A stretch of 64,000 bases of DNA, taken from NCBI GenBank assembly GCA_963763775.1, contig CAVXPZ010000001.1, positions 1,056,001-1,120,000 on the forward strand, written 5' to 3'. This DNA is from an uncultured Chloroflexia bacterium. GTDB lineage: Bacteria > Chloroflexota > Limnocylindria > Limnocylindrales > CSP1-4. Position 1 is the first letter of the stretch; each line of letters opens with the position of its first letter. Below, piece by piece: positions 42,063 to 51,814 of the stretch. A program made the translations under genes and the position numbers. Below the pieces are notes generated by a model. The model was not told the DNA's origin. It was given only the letters and a program-made list of their open reading frames with translations, and made no database searches.

Positions 42063-43652
42063 ATGTCCGCGCGACGCTTCGACGGACCGGGGACGACCTG
42101 CCGCGTCTCGGACGGATCCGACCCAGCGCCGGGCCAGGCCATCGCCATCGGCATCGTGATCGGGCTCGCCGGGATCGTCACCAAGGCCTTCGTCAACGCC
42201 CTCATCGGCGGTGAGACCGGGTTCATCGTCCTGACCGGTGCGGTCGTGCTCGCGGCCTGGGTCGGCGGCCGACCGGGCGGCCTGAGCGCGACGCTGGTCG
42301 CGGGGATCGCCAACGCGCTGCTGTTCGTCGGATCGACCGATCCGACCTTCACGCTGACCGGCCTCGATCTCGCCCGCCTGTCGCTCTTCCTCCTGGGCGG
42401 CGTCATCGTCTCGCTGCTGATCGCCTCCCTGCGGTCGTCGCGCGACCGCCTCACGACGTCGCTGACCGAGGTCGGCGCCATGGCCGCCGCCCTCGAGCGT
42501 CGCGACGAGCGCCTCGAGCTGGTGCTCGGGGCGTCGGGCACCGGGTTCTGGGAGTGGGACATCCGGGACGGCAGCCTGACGTGGTCCGAGGCGATCTACC
42601 GCCAGCACGGGCTCGAGCCCACGGATCATGCCCCGACCTTCGAGGAGTACCTCGGGTCGATCCACCCGGACGACCGCGACACCTTCCGGACGACCATCGA
42701 GGAGACGCTGGCGGGCGGCACGTCGTTCAGCCTCGAGTTCCGCCTCCTGTGGCCCGACGACTCCGTCCACTGGACCCACGGCGTGGGCCGGGTGTTCCGC
42801 GACGCGCGGGGCGCGCCGATCCGGATGGTCGGCACCGGCACCGACATCACCGAGGGCCGGCGGCTTGCGGAGGAGCGCGACCGCCTGCTGGCCGAGGAGC
42901 GACGCGCTGGGACGTTCCGCGAGGCCTTCGTGGAGGTCATCTCGCACGAGCTCCGCACGCCCATCACGACGATCCTCGGCCTGACGCATGTCCTGAACCG
43001 GCCGGGACGGGTCGCCGATCCGGCCGAGCAGGCGGTGCTGATCGACGACATCAACGTGGAGTCCGAGCGGCTGCACCGCCTCGTCGAGGACCTGTTGGTG
43101 CTGACCCGCGCGGAACGCGGCGAGTTCGCCATCGAGGCCGAGCCGGTGGAGTTGCGCCGTCTCCTCACGCGCGTGGTCGAGCGCGAGGCCGCCCGGCTTC
43201 CCGGGATCGTCGTCGAGTCCGACATCCCGCCCGACCTCCCGGTCGTCGCCGGCGAGGAGATCTACATCGAGCAGATCGTGCGCAACATGCTGTCGAACGC
43301 GGCCAAGTACACCCCGCTCGGCACCAAGGTCGTGGTCCGCGCGGAGCGACAGGAGGACCAGGTCGCCGTCCGGGTGCTCGACGCCGGCCCCGGGATCGAC
43401 CCGGAGACCGCGGATCACGCCTTCGAGCTGTTCTACCGCGATCCCGTCCGGGCTCGGTCCGTCGCCGGGAGCGGGATCGGCCTCTTCGTCTGCGCCAGCC
43501 TCGCCGAGGCGATGGGCGGCAGGATCTGGGCGCGACCGCGACCCGACGGTGGGTCGGAATTCGGGTTCAGCCTGCGAGTGCTCTCCGATGACGAGACACT
43601 CGCCGCGAGCCCGACCGGGGCGCCGGAGGCCATCGCCGAACGCGTCGGCTGA
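42063..43652 (+). CDS. Sensor histidine kinase (DUF4118-like TM domain + PAS + HisKA + HATPase)
   Basis: 4 TM helices, PAS 'GFWEWD...IHPDD', 'SHELRTP', 'NAAKY', 'DAGPGI', 'GSGIGL'. Confidence 0.92.
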   Translation: MSARRFDGPGTTCRVSDGSDPAPGQAIAIGIVIGLAGIVTKAFVNALIGGETGFIVLTGAVVLAAWVGGRPGGLSATLVAGIANALLFVGSTDPTFTLTGLDLARLSLFLLGGVIVSLLIASLRSSRDRLTTSLTEVGAMAAALERRDERLELVLGASGTGFWEWDIRDGSLTWSEAIYRQHGLEPTDHAPTFEEYLGSIHPDDRDTFRTTIEETLAGGTSFSLEFRLLWPDDSVHWTHGVGRVFRDARGAPIRMVGTGTDITEGRRLAEERDRLLAEERRAGTFREAFVEVISHELRTPITTILGLTHVLNRPGRVADPAEQAVLIDDINVESERLHRLVEDLLVLTRAERGEFAIEAEPVELRRLLTRVVEREAARLPGIVVESDIPPDLPVVAGEEIYIEQIVRNMLSNAAKYTPLGTKVVVRAERQEDQVAVRVLDAGPGIDPETADHAFELFYRDPVRARSVAGSGIGLFVCASLAEAMGGRIWARPRPDGGSEFGFSLRVLSDDETLAASPTGAPEAIAERVG

Positions 43653-43688
43653 GCGCGGCCTCAGCGGCGGGGAGTACCGGGCTCCAGG

Positions 43689-46379
43689 CTAGAGGGCGGC
43701 CGGGTCGAGCTTGTCGGGGTCGACACCGAGCGTCCTGATCGCCTTGGCCGCCTTCGAGGCGTCCATCGCCCCGCAGCGCGCGAGGGCGGACAGCGTGGCG
43801 GCGGCGATGTGCGGCGGGTCGATCTCGAACAGCGTCCGCAAGGCCTCCCGCGTGTCGCTCCGGCCGAAGCCGTCCGTGCCCAGGGCGACGTAGTGCGGCG
43901 GCAGCCACCGGCTGACCATGTCCGGCAACGCCTTCATCCAGTCCGTCGCGGCCACGATCGGGCCGCCGTCGAATGGCAGGACCTGGCTCACGACCGGGAC
44001 GCGCGGGGCCTTCGCGTCGGGCTGGAAGCGGTTCGCCCGCTCCGCCTGGAGCGCCTCGCGGCGCAGGAGCGGGAACGACGGCGCGCTGTAGACCTCCGCG
44101 GCGACGCCGTACTGCTCCGCGAGGAGGTCGCGGGCCGCGAGGACCTGCTGGAGGATCGAGCCGGAGCCGATCAGTCGCGCCGGGTGGCTGCCGCGTCCGG
44201 TGTCCGGCGCCGCGGCGAACCGGTAGATCCCGCGGAGGATGTCCTCGTTGGTGATCCCCTCCGGGCGCGCCGGCTGCGCGTAGTTCTCGTTGTAGAGCGT
44301 GACGTAGTAGAAGACGTCCTCGGGCTTGGGGCCGTACATCCGCTCGATGCCGTCGCGGACCACGGCCGCCAGCTCGTAGGCGAAGGCCGGGTCGTACGCC
44401 CGGATGTTCGGGATCGTCGAGGCGAGGATGTGGGTCTGCCCGTCGTCGTGCTGGAGACCCTCGCCGGTCAGCGTGGTCCGCCCGGCCGTCGCCCCCATGA
44501 GGAAGCCGCGCCCACGGGCGTCGGCGAACGCCCACATCTGGTCGCCGGTCCGCTGGAACCCGAACATCGAGTAGAAGATGTAGAACGGGATGGTCGCGAG
44601 GCCATGGCTCGCGTAGGCCGTGCCGGCCGCCTGGAACGAGGCCATCGAGCCCGCCTCGGTGATGCCTTCCTCGAGGACCTGGCCGTCGGTCGCCTCGCGA
44701 TAGGACAGCACGAGATCGGAGTCGACCGGCTCGTAGCGCTGGCCGAGCGCGGAGTAGATCCCGACCTCCTTGAACAGCGGGTCCAGGCCGAAGGTGCGGG
44801 CCTCGTCCGGGATGATCGGCACGATCCTCGAGCCGAGCTCCTTGTCACGGATGAGGTTGCGCAGGACCCGCGCGAACACCATCGTCGTCGAGACCGGCGT
44901 CGGGCTGCCGGCCGCGAACTCCGCGTCGATCGCGGGCGGCGGCGGCGGGAGCGGCTTCGAGCGGACCACGCGCTTGGGGAGCGGCCCACCCAGCGCCCGG
45001 CGGCGCTCCATGAGGTACTCCACCTCCTCGGACTTGGGGCCGGGGTGGTAGTACGGGGCGTCCTTGAGCTTGGCGTCGGGGATCGGCAGGTGGATCCGGT
45101 CGCGGAAGATCCTGAGCTCGGCTTCGGACAGCTTCTTGGCCTGGTGGGTGATGTTCCGCGCCTCGACGCCGGGGCCGAGCGTCCAGCCCTTGACGGTCTT
45201 CGCGAGGATGACCGTGGGAGCGCCCTTGAACTCGGTCGCGGCCTTGTACGCCGCGTAGACCTTCCGGTAGTCGTGGCCGCCTCGGCGGAGCTTGGCGAGC
45301 TCGTCGTCGGACAGGTGCTCGACGAGCCGGCGCAGCCGCGGATCCGGGCCGAAGAAGTGCTCGCGGATGTAGGCGCCGCCGGCGACCGAGAACTTCTGGA
45401 ACTCGCCATCGAGCGTGTCGTTCATCTGCTGCACGAGCAGCCCGTCCACGTCCCGGGCCAGCAGGTCGTCCCACTCGCGGGCCCAGATCACCTTGATGAC
45501 GTTCCACCCCGCGCCGCGGAAGACCGCCTCCAGCTCCTGGATGATCTTGCCGTTGCCCCGGACCGGGCCGTCCAGCCGCTGCAGGTTGCAGTTGATGACG
45601 AAGGTCAGGTTGTCGAGGCCCTCACGCGCGGCGATCGACAACGCGCCGAGCGATTCGGGCTCGTCGGTCTCGCCGTCGCCGAGGAAGGCCCAGACCCGGG
45701 ACTTCGAGGTATCGAGCATGCCGCGGTTGTGGAGGTAACGGTTGAACCGCGCCTGGTAGATGGCGCTGATCGGCCCGAGGCCCATCGAGACCGTCGGGTA
45801 CTCCCAGAACTCGGGCATCAGCCGGGGATGCGGATACGACGACAGGCCCCGGCCCGGCGTCGTCTCGCGGCGGAAGTGGTCGAGCTGGTCCTCGGTCAGA
45901 CGGCCCTCGAGGAACGCTCGCGCGTACATCCCGGGCGCCGCGTGACCCTGGTAGAAGATCTGGTCGCCGCCACCCTCCGCGTCCTTGCCGCGGAAGAAGT
46001 GGTTGAACCCGGTCTCGTACAGGCTGGCGGAGCTGGCGTACGTGGAGAGGTGCCCGCCGAGGCCCGCGAACCGGGTGTTGCCGCGCAGGACCATCGCGAC
46101 CGCGTTCCAGCGGATGATGCGGCGGATCCGGAGCTCGATGGCCTCGTCGCCCGGGAAGTCCGGCTCCTGCTCGGGGCTGATCGTGTTGATGTAGCGGGTC
46201 TGCGTCAGGGGCGGCAGGCCGATCTGGAGCTGGCGCGCGCGCTTGAGCAGCTTGTAGATGAGGAAGCGGGCCCGAACCTCCCCTTCCTGCTCGACGACCT
46301 GGTCGAGGGAGGAGAGCCATTCGTCGGTCTCGTCGGGGTCGATGTCCGGCAGCTGATGCTTGAACTGGTCGAAGTACAT
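43689..46379 (-). CDS. aceE: Pyruvate dehydrogenase E1, homodimeric type
   Basis: 'DIDPDETDEW', 'GGHLSTYAS', 'PTVSMGLGP', 'GDGETDEPES', 'NLQRLDGPV', 'GEGLQH'. Confidence 0.97.
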   Translation of the reverse strand: MYFDQFKHQLPDIDPDETDEWLSSLDQVVEQEGEVRARFLIYKLLKRARQLQIGLPPLTQTRYINTISPEQEPDFPGDEAIELRIRRIIRWNAVAMVLRGNTRFAGLGGHLSTYASSASLYETGFNHFFRGKDAEGGGDQIFYQGHAAPGMYARAFLEGRLTEDQLDHFRRETTPGRGLSSYPHPRLMPEFWEYPTVSMGLGPISAIYQARFNRYLHNRGMLDTSKSRVWAFLGDGETDEPESLGALSIAAREGLDNLTFVINCNLQRLDGPVRGNGKIIQELEAVFRGAGWNVIKVIWAREWDDLLARDVDGLLVQQMNDTLDGEFQKFSVAGGAYIREHFFGPDPRLRRLVEHLSDDELAKLRRGGHDYRKVYAAYKAATEFKGAPTVILAKTVKGWTLGPGVEARNITHQAKKLSEAELRIFRDRIHLPIPDAKLKDAPYYHPGPKSEEVEYLMERRRALGGPLPKRVVRSKPLPPPPPAIDAEFAAGSPTPVSTTMVFARVLRNLIRDKELGSRIVPIIPDEARTFGLDPLFKEVGIYSALGQRYEPVDSDLVLSYREATDGQVLEEGITEAGSMASFQAAGTAYASHGLATIPFYIFYSMFGFQRTGDQMWAFADARGRGFLMGATAGRTTLTGEGLQHDDGQTHILASTIPNIRAYDPAFAYELAAVVRDGIERMYGPKPEDVFYYVTLYNENYAQPARPEGITNEDILRGIYRFAAAPDTGRGSHPARLIGSGSILQQVLAARDLLAEQYGVAAEVYSAPSFPLLRREALQAERANRFQPDAKAPRVPVVSQVLPFDGGPIVAATDWMKALPDMVSRWLPPHYVALGTDGFGRSDTREALRTLFEIDPPHIAAATLSALARCGAMDASKAAKAIRTLGVDPDKLDPAAL

Positions 46380-46598
46380 GTCGCCCCGCAGGGTAGCCCA
46401 TCTCGCTCCAGGACGAAGGTGGCGACGCGGTGCCGAACGCCGCGTCACGCGGACGACTGCAATGCTCCTGCAATGCGGAAGCCACGCCCGGAGACCATGC
46501 GCGAGACCGGCGGCCGCCATGCTGCCCGAAACGAACCGCGTTCCGTTCGCTCGCCGCGCGCGCGTACGTCACCATGTGACCGACCCAGGAGGTGCGGG

Positions 46599-47360
46599 GT
46601 GAGTACCCAGCCACTCGTGCTCGTCGCCGACGACGAGCCCAGGATCACGAAACTCGTCTCGATCGCCCTCGGCGAAGAGGGCTTCCGCGTGGTCACCGCG
46701 ACCAGCGGCGAGGAGGCCCTGCTGCGGGCCGAGGAAGTCCGCCCGGACATCGTCCTGCTCGACATCGTCATGCCCGACCTGGATGGCATCGAGGTGATGC
46801 GCCAGCTCCGCGAGCGACGACCGGTCGCCGTCATCCTGCTGACCGCGAAGGGCTCGACGGCCGACAAGGCCATGGGCCTGGACCTGGGCGCCGACGACTA
46901 CATCGCCAAGCCGTTCCACCCCGATGAGCTTGCGGCCCGCGTCCGCGCTGTGCTCCGACGCTCGGCCGGCGCGCAGCCCGGCTCGGGGACCCTCCGATTC
47001 GACGACGTCGAGATCGACCTCGAGCGCCGGATGGTCACCCGAGACGGGCAGCTCGTGCAGTTGTCCCGCACGGAGTGGCTGCTCCTCCAGCACCTCGCGG
47101 CCAACGCGGGCAGGGTCGTCCTCCACACCGAACTGCTGACCAAGGTCTGGGGTCCCGAATATCGCGACGACCTGCAGTACCTGCGAGTCTGGATCTCCCG
47201 GGTGCGCCGCAAGCTCGGCGCCCAGCCCGGTGAGCCCGGGCGCATCAAGACATTCCAGGGGATCGGCTATCTCCTCGACGTCGACCCGGCCCAGCCGACC
47301 GTGCCGTCGAACGCCGACGTCGACGCCGACCGCACCGAGGATCCCGCGCTCATCGGCTGA
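46599..47360 (+). CDS. OmpR-family response regulator (KdpE-like)
   Basis: 'VADDE', 'LLDIVMP', 'GADDYIAKPF', 'LLTKVWGPEY...YLRVWISRVRRK'; AGGAGG RBS. Confidence 0.92.
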   Translation: MSTQPLVLVADDEPRITKLVSIALGEEGFRVVTATSGEEALLRAEEVRPDIVLLDIVMPDLDGIEVMRQLRERRPVAVILLTAKGSTADKAMGLDLGADDYIAKPFHPDELAARVRAVLRRSAGAQPGSGTLRFDDVEIDLERRMVTRDGQLVQLSRTEWLLLQHLAANAGRVVLHTELLTKVWGPEYRDDLQYLRVWISRVRRKLGAQPGEPGRIKTFQGIGYLLDVDPAQPTVPSNADVDADRTEDPALIG

Positions 47361-47401
47361 ACCTCGGCGTCCGCTCAGGCTGGGCGCGGTACGCTCCGGG
47401 C

Positions 47402-48007
47402 ATGCAGCGCTACGGCCCGACGACCGCCCTGATCGTCGTCGACGTCCAGAACGACTTCGCGGACCCGGCCGGCGGGCTCAGCGTGGCCGGCGGCGACGCC
47501 ATCGTCCCGACCGTGGACGGCGAGATCGCGATGGCCGTGAGCAACGGCGCCTTCGTCGTCCTGACCCAGGACTGGCACCCGGCCTCGACGCCGCACTTCG
47601 CCAAGGACGGCGGCATCTGGCCGGTCCACTGTGTCGCCGACACGTGGGGCGCGGCGCTGCACCCGGCGCTGACCGCGCCCGACGACGCGCCGCGTGTTCG
47701 CAAGGGCGCCAACGGCGAGGATGGCTACTCGGGGTTCACGATGCGCGACCCACTCACCGGGGAGACGCGACCGACCGAGCTGGACGCCCTCCTGCGCGAA
47801 CGTGGCGTCGAGCGCGTCGTGGTCGTCGGGCTCGCCACCGACTACTGCGTGAAAGCCACGGCGCTCGACGCCGTCCGGCTCGGGTTCGAGACCTCGGTGC
47901 TGACCGACGCGATCGCCGCGGTCGACCTGGCGCCGGGCGACGGCGACCGGGCGATCGCCGAGATGGCCGACGCCGGCGTGACGATGTGGCGGACGGTGAT
48001 GCGATGA
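47402..48007 (+). CDS. pncA: Nicotinamidase/pyrazinamidase
   Basis: 'VDVQNDF', 'TQDWHP', 'WPVHCV', 'GLATDYCV'. Confidence 0.92.
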   Translation: MQRYGPTTALIVVDVQNDFADPAGGLSVAGGDAIVPTVDGEIAMAVSNGAFVVLTQDWHPASTPHFAKDGGIWPVHCVADTWGAALHPALTAPDDAPRVRKGANGEDGYSGFTMRDPLTGETRPTELDALLRERGVERVVVVGLATDYCVKATALDAVRLGFETSVLTDAIAAVDLAPGDGDRAIAEMADAGVTMWRTVMR

Positions 48008-48549
48008 GGCGGAGCGTCGTCCGCCTCGGGATCCTTGGCGTGATCGCGGCGATGGGCGCCGACGAGTTCCTGCGCCGCCGCGCCGCCGGTGGCGAGCCCG
48101 ATCCCATCCGGAGCCTCGTCGTCATCGACGCGCCGATCGAGCGCGTGTGGGCGGTCGTCGCCGACGTCGAGGGCCAACCCCGCTGGATGCTCGACATGAA
48201 GTCGATCCGACTGACGACGCCGGGCCAGATCCGCGTCGGGACGACGGGTCAGGCGACGGTCCGCATCCTCGGCATCAGCACCACCGACCCGGTCACCATC
48301 ACGGAGTTCGCGCCGCCGAGCCGGTTCGCGATCCGCCACGAGGGCTCGTTCAAGGGCCGCGGGTTGATCACCCTCGAGTCGGGCGTGGACGGGACCACCA
48401 CCATCGTGCGCTGGGAGGAGACGCTCATCGGCCCGGTGTTCCCGTTCCTCGGCGCCATCGTGCAGCGGCCGATCCTCGGGGCGATCTTCCAGGCGGACCT
48501 GGTGCGGCTGCGCGAGCTCGTCGAGTCGGGCGAGTCGGGCGAGGGCTGA
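48004..48549 (+). CDS. SRPBCC (START-like) family protein
   Basis: 'VIDAPIERVWAVVAD...PRW'; ATGA overlap with pncA. Confidence 0.85.
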   Translation: MRRSVVRLGILGVIAAMGADEFLRRRAAGGEPDPIRSLVVIDAPIERVWAVVADVEGQPRWMLDMKSIRLTTPGQIRVGTTGQATVRILGISTTDPVTITEFAPPSRFAIRHEGSFKGRGLITLESGVDGTTTIVRWEETLIGPVFPFLGAIVQRPILGAIFQADLVRLRELVESGESGEG

Positions 48550-48557
48550 CCGACATC

Positions 48558-49463
48558 GTGCAGGTCCACCTCGTCGACGCGACCTACGAGCTGTTCCGGG
48601 CCCACTACGCGCCCCGGCCCCCGGTGCTCGGTCGGGATGGGATCAACCTCTCGGGCGTCTCTGGCCTGTGCGACCAGCTGTTCTACCTGCTCCGCGACGA
48701 GGGCGCGACGCACATCGGGTGCGCGACGGATCGAGTGATCGAGTCGTTCCGGAACGACCTCTATGCGGGCTACAAGTCATCGGCCGGGATGCCGCCCGAG
48801 CTGCTCGCGCAGTTCCCCATCGCCGAGGCCGCGGTCGAGGCGCTCGGCGCGGTCCTTTGGCCGATGGTCGAGTTCGAGGCCGACGATGCGATCGGGGCCG
48901 CGGCCTTCCGCTTCGCCGAGGACCCGCGCGTGGAGCGGATCTTCGTGTGCACGCCCGACAAGGACATGGCCCAGCTCGTCCGCGACGACCGCGTGGTCCT
49001 GTGGGATCGGCGACGGAACATCACGTACGACGATGCGGGCGTCCGTGAGAAGTGGGGCGTGGCGCCGACCTCGATCCCGGACTGGCTCGGGCTCGTCGGC
49101 GATTCCTCCGACGGATTCCCAGGGCTGCCGGGGTGGGGCGCGAAATCCGCGGCCGCGGTCCTGTTGCGCTACGGCCACTACGAGGCCATCCCGCCGAAGG
49201 CGTCGGCGTGGGAGGTGCCGGGCGTGGGCGGCTCGCGCGCGGCGACCCTCGCGGCCACGCTCCGCGACCACTGGGACGAGGCTCTTCTATACCGCGATCT
49301 CGCGCGGCTGCGCACCGTCGAGGACGGGGTGCCGATCCGCCAGGCCGATGTCGACGAGCTGCGCTGGGACGGCGCGCCGCGCGCCGAATGGGAGGCCTTC
49401 TGCGAGGAATGGGGCCTGCCGCGACTCCGCTCCAGGCCCCATCGCTGGCTGTCCGAGGGCTGA
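48558..49463 (+). CDS. Stand-alone 5'-3' exonuclease / flap endonuclease
   Basis: 'LVDATYELFR', 'SFRN..YAGYK', 'EADD', 'DKD', 'GDSSDGFPGLPGWG'. Confidence 0.92.
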   Translation: MQVHLVDATYELFRAHYAPRPPVLGRDGINLSGVSGLCDQLFYLLRDEGATHIGCATDRVIESFRNDLYAGYKSSAGMPPELLAQFPIAEAAVEALGAVLWPMVEFEADDAIGAAAFRFAEDPRVERIFVCTPDKDMAQLVRDDRVVLWDRRRNITYDDAGVREKWGVAPTSIPDWLGLVGDSSDGFPGLPGWGAKSAAAVLLRYGHYEAIPPKASAWEVPGVGGSRAATLAATLRDHWDEALLYRDLARLRTVEDGVPIRQADVDELRWDGAPRAEWEAFCEEWGLPRLRSRPHRWLSEG

Positions 49464-49499
49464 GGCCCTCCGCCGGTCCCGCGCCGGATCCGCACCCGC

Positions 49500-49627
49500 G
49501 GCACGTTCTCGTGCCATGCGACGAAGGAGCGGGCTCGAGGACCGGGCTCGGCCGTCGATCGGCCCCGACGGCATGCCGATCGACACCGGAACGCCCGCTC
49601 CGGGGTCGGTTGGCACGGATCCGTGCC
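49500..49627. repeat. ~128-bp palindromic REP/MITE-like element, copy 1
   Basis: Ends GGCACG-N4-CGTGCCA and TGGCACG-N4-CGTGCC; internal arms GGAGCGGGC/GCCCGCTCC and GTCGATCGGC/GCCGATCGAC; homologous to 52181-52309. Confidence 0.8.
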
Positions 49628-49650
49628 GAGTCCGAGGCTCGGTCAGGTCC

Positions 49651-51009
49651 CTACGGCGTCGGCGTCACCCGGATCAGGTCGTTGCCCTCACTGAGCGCGA
49701 CCCACAGGGTGGCGTCCGGTGCGACCGCGACCGATGCCTCGGTCGGCGCGTCGTCCTCCTCGGGGACCGGCAGTTCTGATTGCGCAGTGACGTCGCCGGT
49801 CGCGGGGTCGAGGCGTTGGATCAGGTAGTTCCACGACCCGGAGACCCAGACCGCGTCGGAGCCGATCGCCAGCCTCGGGAACGTCTGCGTCGGATGAGCC
49901 TCGACCTGCCCGGTCGCCGGGTCGTACGACTTCACTGACTGACTGCCCGCGACCCAGATCCGACCGAAGCCCGCCCCCACGTCCGCGGTCGCATCGGAGT
50001 CCGCCGGATCGCCGGCCGTGATGTCGATCGTCTCGACGACGGTGTTCGAGGCGGGGTCGATCCGCAGGAGGGTCCTCGCGTGCCGGTCCGTGACCCAGAT
50101 CGACCCGTTCATCGCCGCGACGCCCCACGGATGAACGTCGAGCGGGATCGTGGCCTGGAGCCGCTTGCCCGGCGAGAGTGCTGTCCGCCGCCGTCCGTCT
50201 GTGGGTCGATGCGCATGACGCGGTCGCCGGTCTGGTCGACCACCCAGAGGCTCCCGGCGGCATCGACGATCCCGACCGGTGAGCCACCGATGTCGACCTT
50301 CTCAGCGACGGTGTTCGTCGTCGGGTCGATCCGCACGAGGGCGCCCGGATCCTGGACCGTCGTCCAGATCGAGCCGTCCGCGAACCACAGTCGGTGCGGA
50401 TACGAACCGACCTGGATCTCCGTGATGACCGCGTCGGTCGCGGGGTCGAGGCGCATGACGCCGTCTCGCGTCGTGGCCCAGACCGAGCCGTCGGCCACGG
50501 TGACGCTGCTCACGCAGTCGCTCAGGACGATCAGGGCACAGTCCGCGGACGAACGACCCACCCTGGCACGGCCGGTCAGGGCCCGCACGTCGCCGACCGC
50601 CGCGACCATCGGGATCGACGTCGGCACGACGACCGCCGGCGCCCCGCTCGGCAGGGCGACCCCTGACGGCAGCACCACGGCGTCATGCCGCGAGCCGGCG
50701 CCGACGACAGCGACCCCGATGATGGCCACGACCGCCGCCGCCGCGAACGCGACTCGGCGCACGGAGGCGACGGGTCCTCGGTGGATGCGCCGACGCCACT
50801 CGACCTCGACCCGCTCCCGCATGCCCGGGTGCGGTGTCGCCCAAGGCTGCTCCACGAGGCGGGTGGCCTGCAAGCGGACCCGCTGCACGTCGCGACGGCA
50901 GTCGGGGCACGTCAGCGAGGTGGGCGTCGAGCCCGGTTCGCTCGTCCGCCGTCAGCCCGAAATCGATCGAGGTCGCCGCGAGGATCAGCATGCGTCGATG
51001 GGTGGTCAT
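49651..51009 (-). CDS. Zinc anti-sigma factor (ZAS) with TM helix and extracytoplasmic beta-propeller; frameshifts near 50912 and 50110-50170
   Basis: H-x3-C-x2-C ('HLATCPDC' after a 1-nt correction), TM helix, repeats 'GSVW..RLDPATD', 'GSIW..RIDPTTN', 'GSLW..RIDP', 'RIDPASN'. Confidence 0.85.
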
Positions 51010-51509
51010 GCGAGGTCTCCGTCCTGGAGGAAGTCCTTGAGGAGAAGGCGGGCCCGCCACAGGATGTTCCGCGTGGCCCCCTCGCTCTTGTGGAGGATCG
51101 TTGCGATCTCGCGACCGGTGAAGCCCTGTGCGGCGAGCAGCAGGGCCGCTCGGTGGTCCTTGGGCAACCGCTCGAGGGCGGCCGTCAGGTCGGCATGGCG
51201 CTCCATCCGCAGCACGGTCTCCTCGGCGCCCTCGTCGGTCTCCTCTTCGACGGCCCTGCCAGCGACGAGCCGCTGCCATCGGTCGACGATCGCCCGCCGT
51301 CGCGACCGGCTGAACGCGAGGTTCGTGCAGACGCGATAGAGCCACGCCCGGGGGTCGTCGGGCGCCCGGCCCGCGACATGTTCGCGGACCAGTCGGGCGA
51401 ACGCCTCGTGGACCACGTCCTCCGCCGCGGACAGGTCGTGGGTGAGCGATGCTGCGTACGAGAAGAGGCCCAGGTGGCAGGCGTCGTAGACGTCCGCGAT
51501 GTCGTCCAT
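51006..51509 (-). CDS. ECF RNA polymerase sigma factor
   Basis: Region 2 'AEDVVHEAF', 'AWLYRVCTN'; region 4 'LERLPKDHR...EIATIL..SEGATR...RAR'; ATGA overlap with the anti-sigma. Confidence 0.92.
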   Translation of the reverse strand: MDDIADVYDACHLGLFSYAASLTHDLSAAEDVVHEAFARLVREHVAGRAPDDPRAWLYRVCTNLAFSRSRRRAIVDRWQRLVAGRAVEEETDEGAEETVLRMERHADLTAALERLPKDHRAALLLAAQGFTGREIATILHKSEGATRNILWRARLLLKDFLQDGDLA

Positions 51510-51657
51510 CCGACTCGGGCATGACGCGGATGACGGCACCGGCCGGCGACGCCGCGTCGCGACTCGGACGCGGACCGACCGACACGACCGCGAGCACCGG
51601 CCCGACTGCGCGGATCGGTGTCTCGAAGCTCAGCGATGTCGCACGTCCATCAAGCCC

Positions 51658-51685
51658 ATGACGAAGGTTGCCGGGCCATTGTCAC
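51658..51685 (-). promoter_or_regulatory. ECF-type promoter GTGACA-N16-CGTCAT facing the sigma/anti-sigma operon
   Basis: Read on the minus strand; mirrors the plus-strand motif. Confidence 0.6.
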
Positions 51686-51699
51686 AGGCACGCGTCCCC

Positions 51700-51726
51700 G
51701 TGACATCGCGGACGATGGGACGTCTT
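51700..51726 (+). promoter_or_regulatory. ECF-type promoter GTGACA-N15-CGTCTT facing the small-protein gene
   Basis: Read on the plus strand; back-to-back with the minus-strand motif. Confidence 0.6.
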
Positions 51727-51814
51727 GGACATCGACAAGGGCAAGCCGGCCGGCACGCCAGTCCTCACCGCATCCGGGGATCCCGAGATGCCGCTACCGA
51801 GGGGAGATCCAGCC

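Noticed and set aside
43809-47360. Very long antisense or alternative-frame ORFs (e.g. 1183 aa opposite aceE, 820 aa opposite the PBP)
   Set aside because: Shadow ORFs expected at this GC content; Arg/Gly/Pro-rich with no motifs. Only the last ~253 aa of 43809-47360 is a real gene.
49611-49627. TGGCACG as a sigma-54 -24 box
   Set aside because: No TTGC -12 element at the proper spacing, and it lies between convergent gene ends as part of the palindromic repeat.
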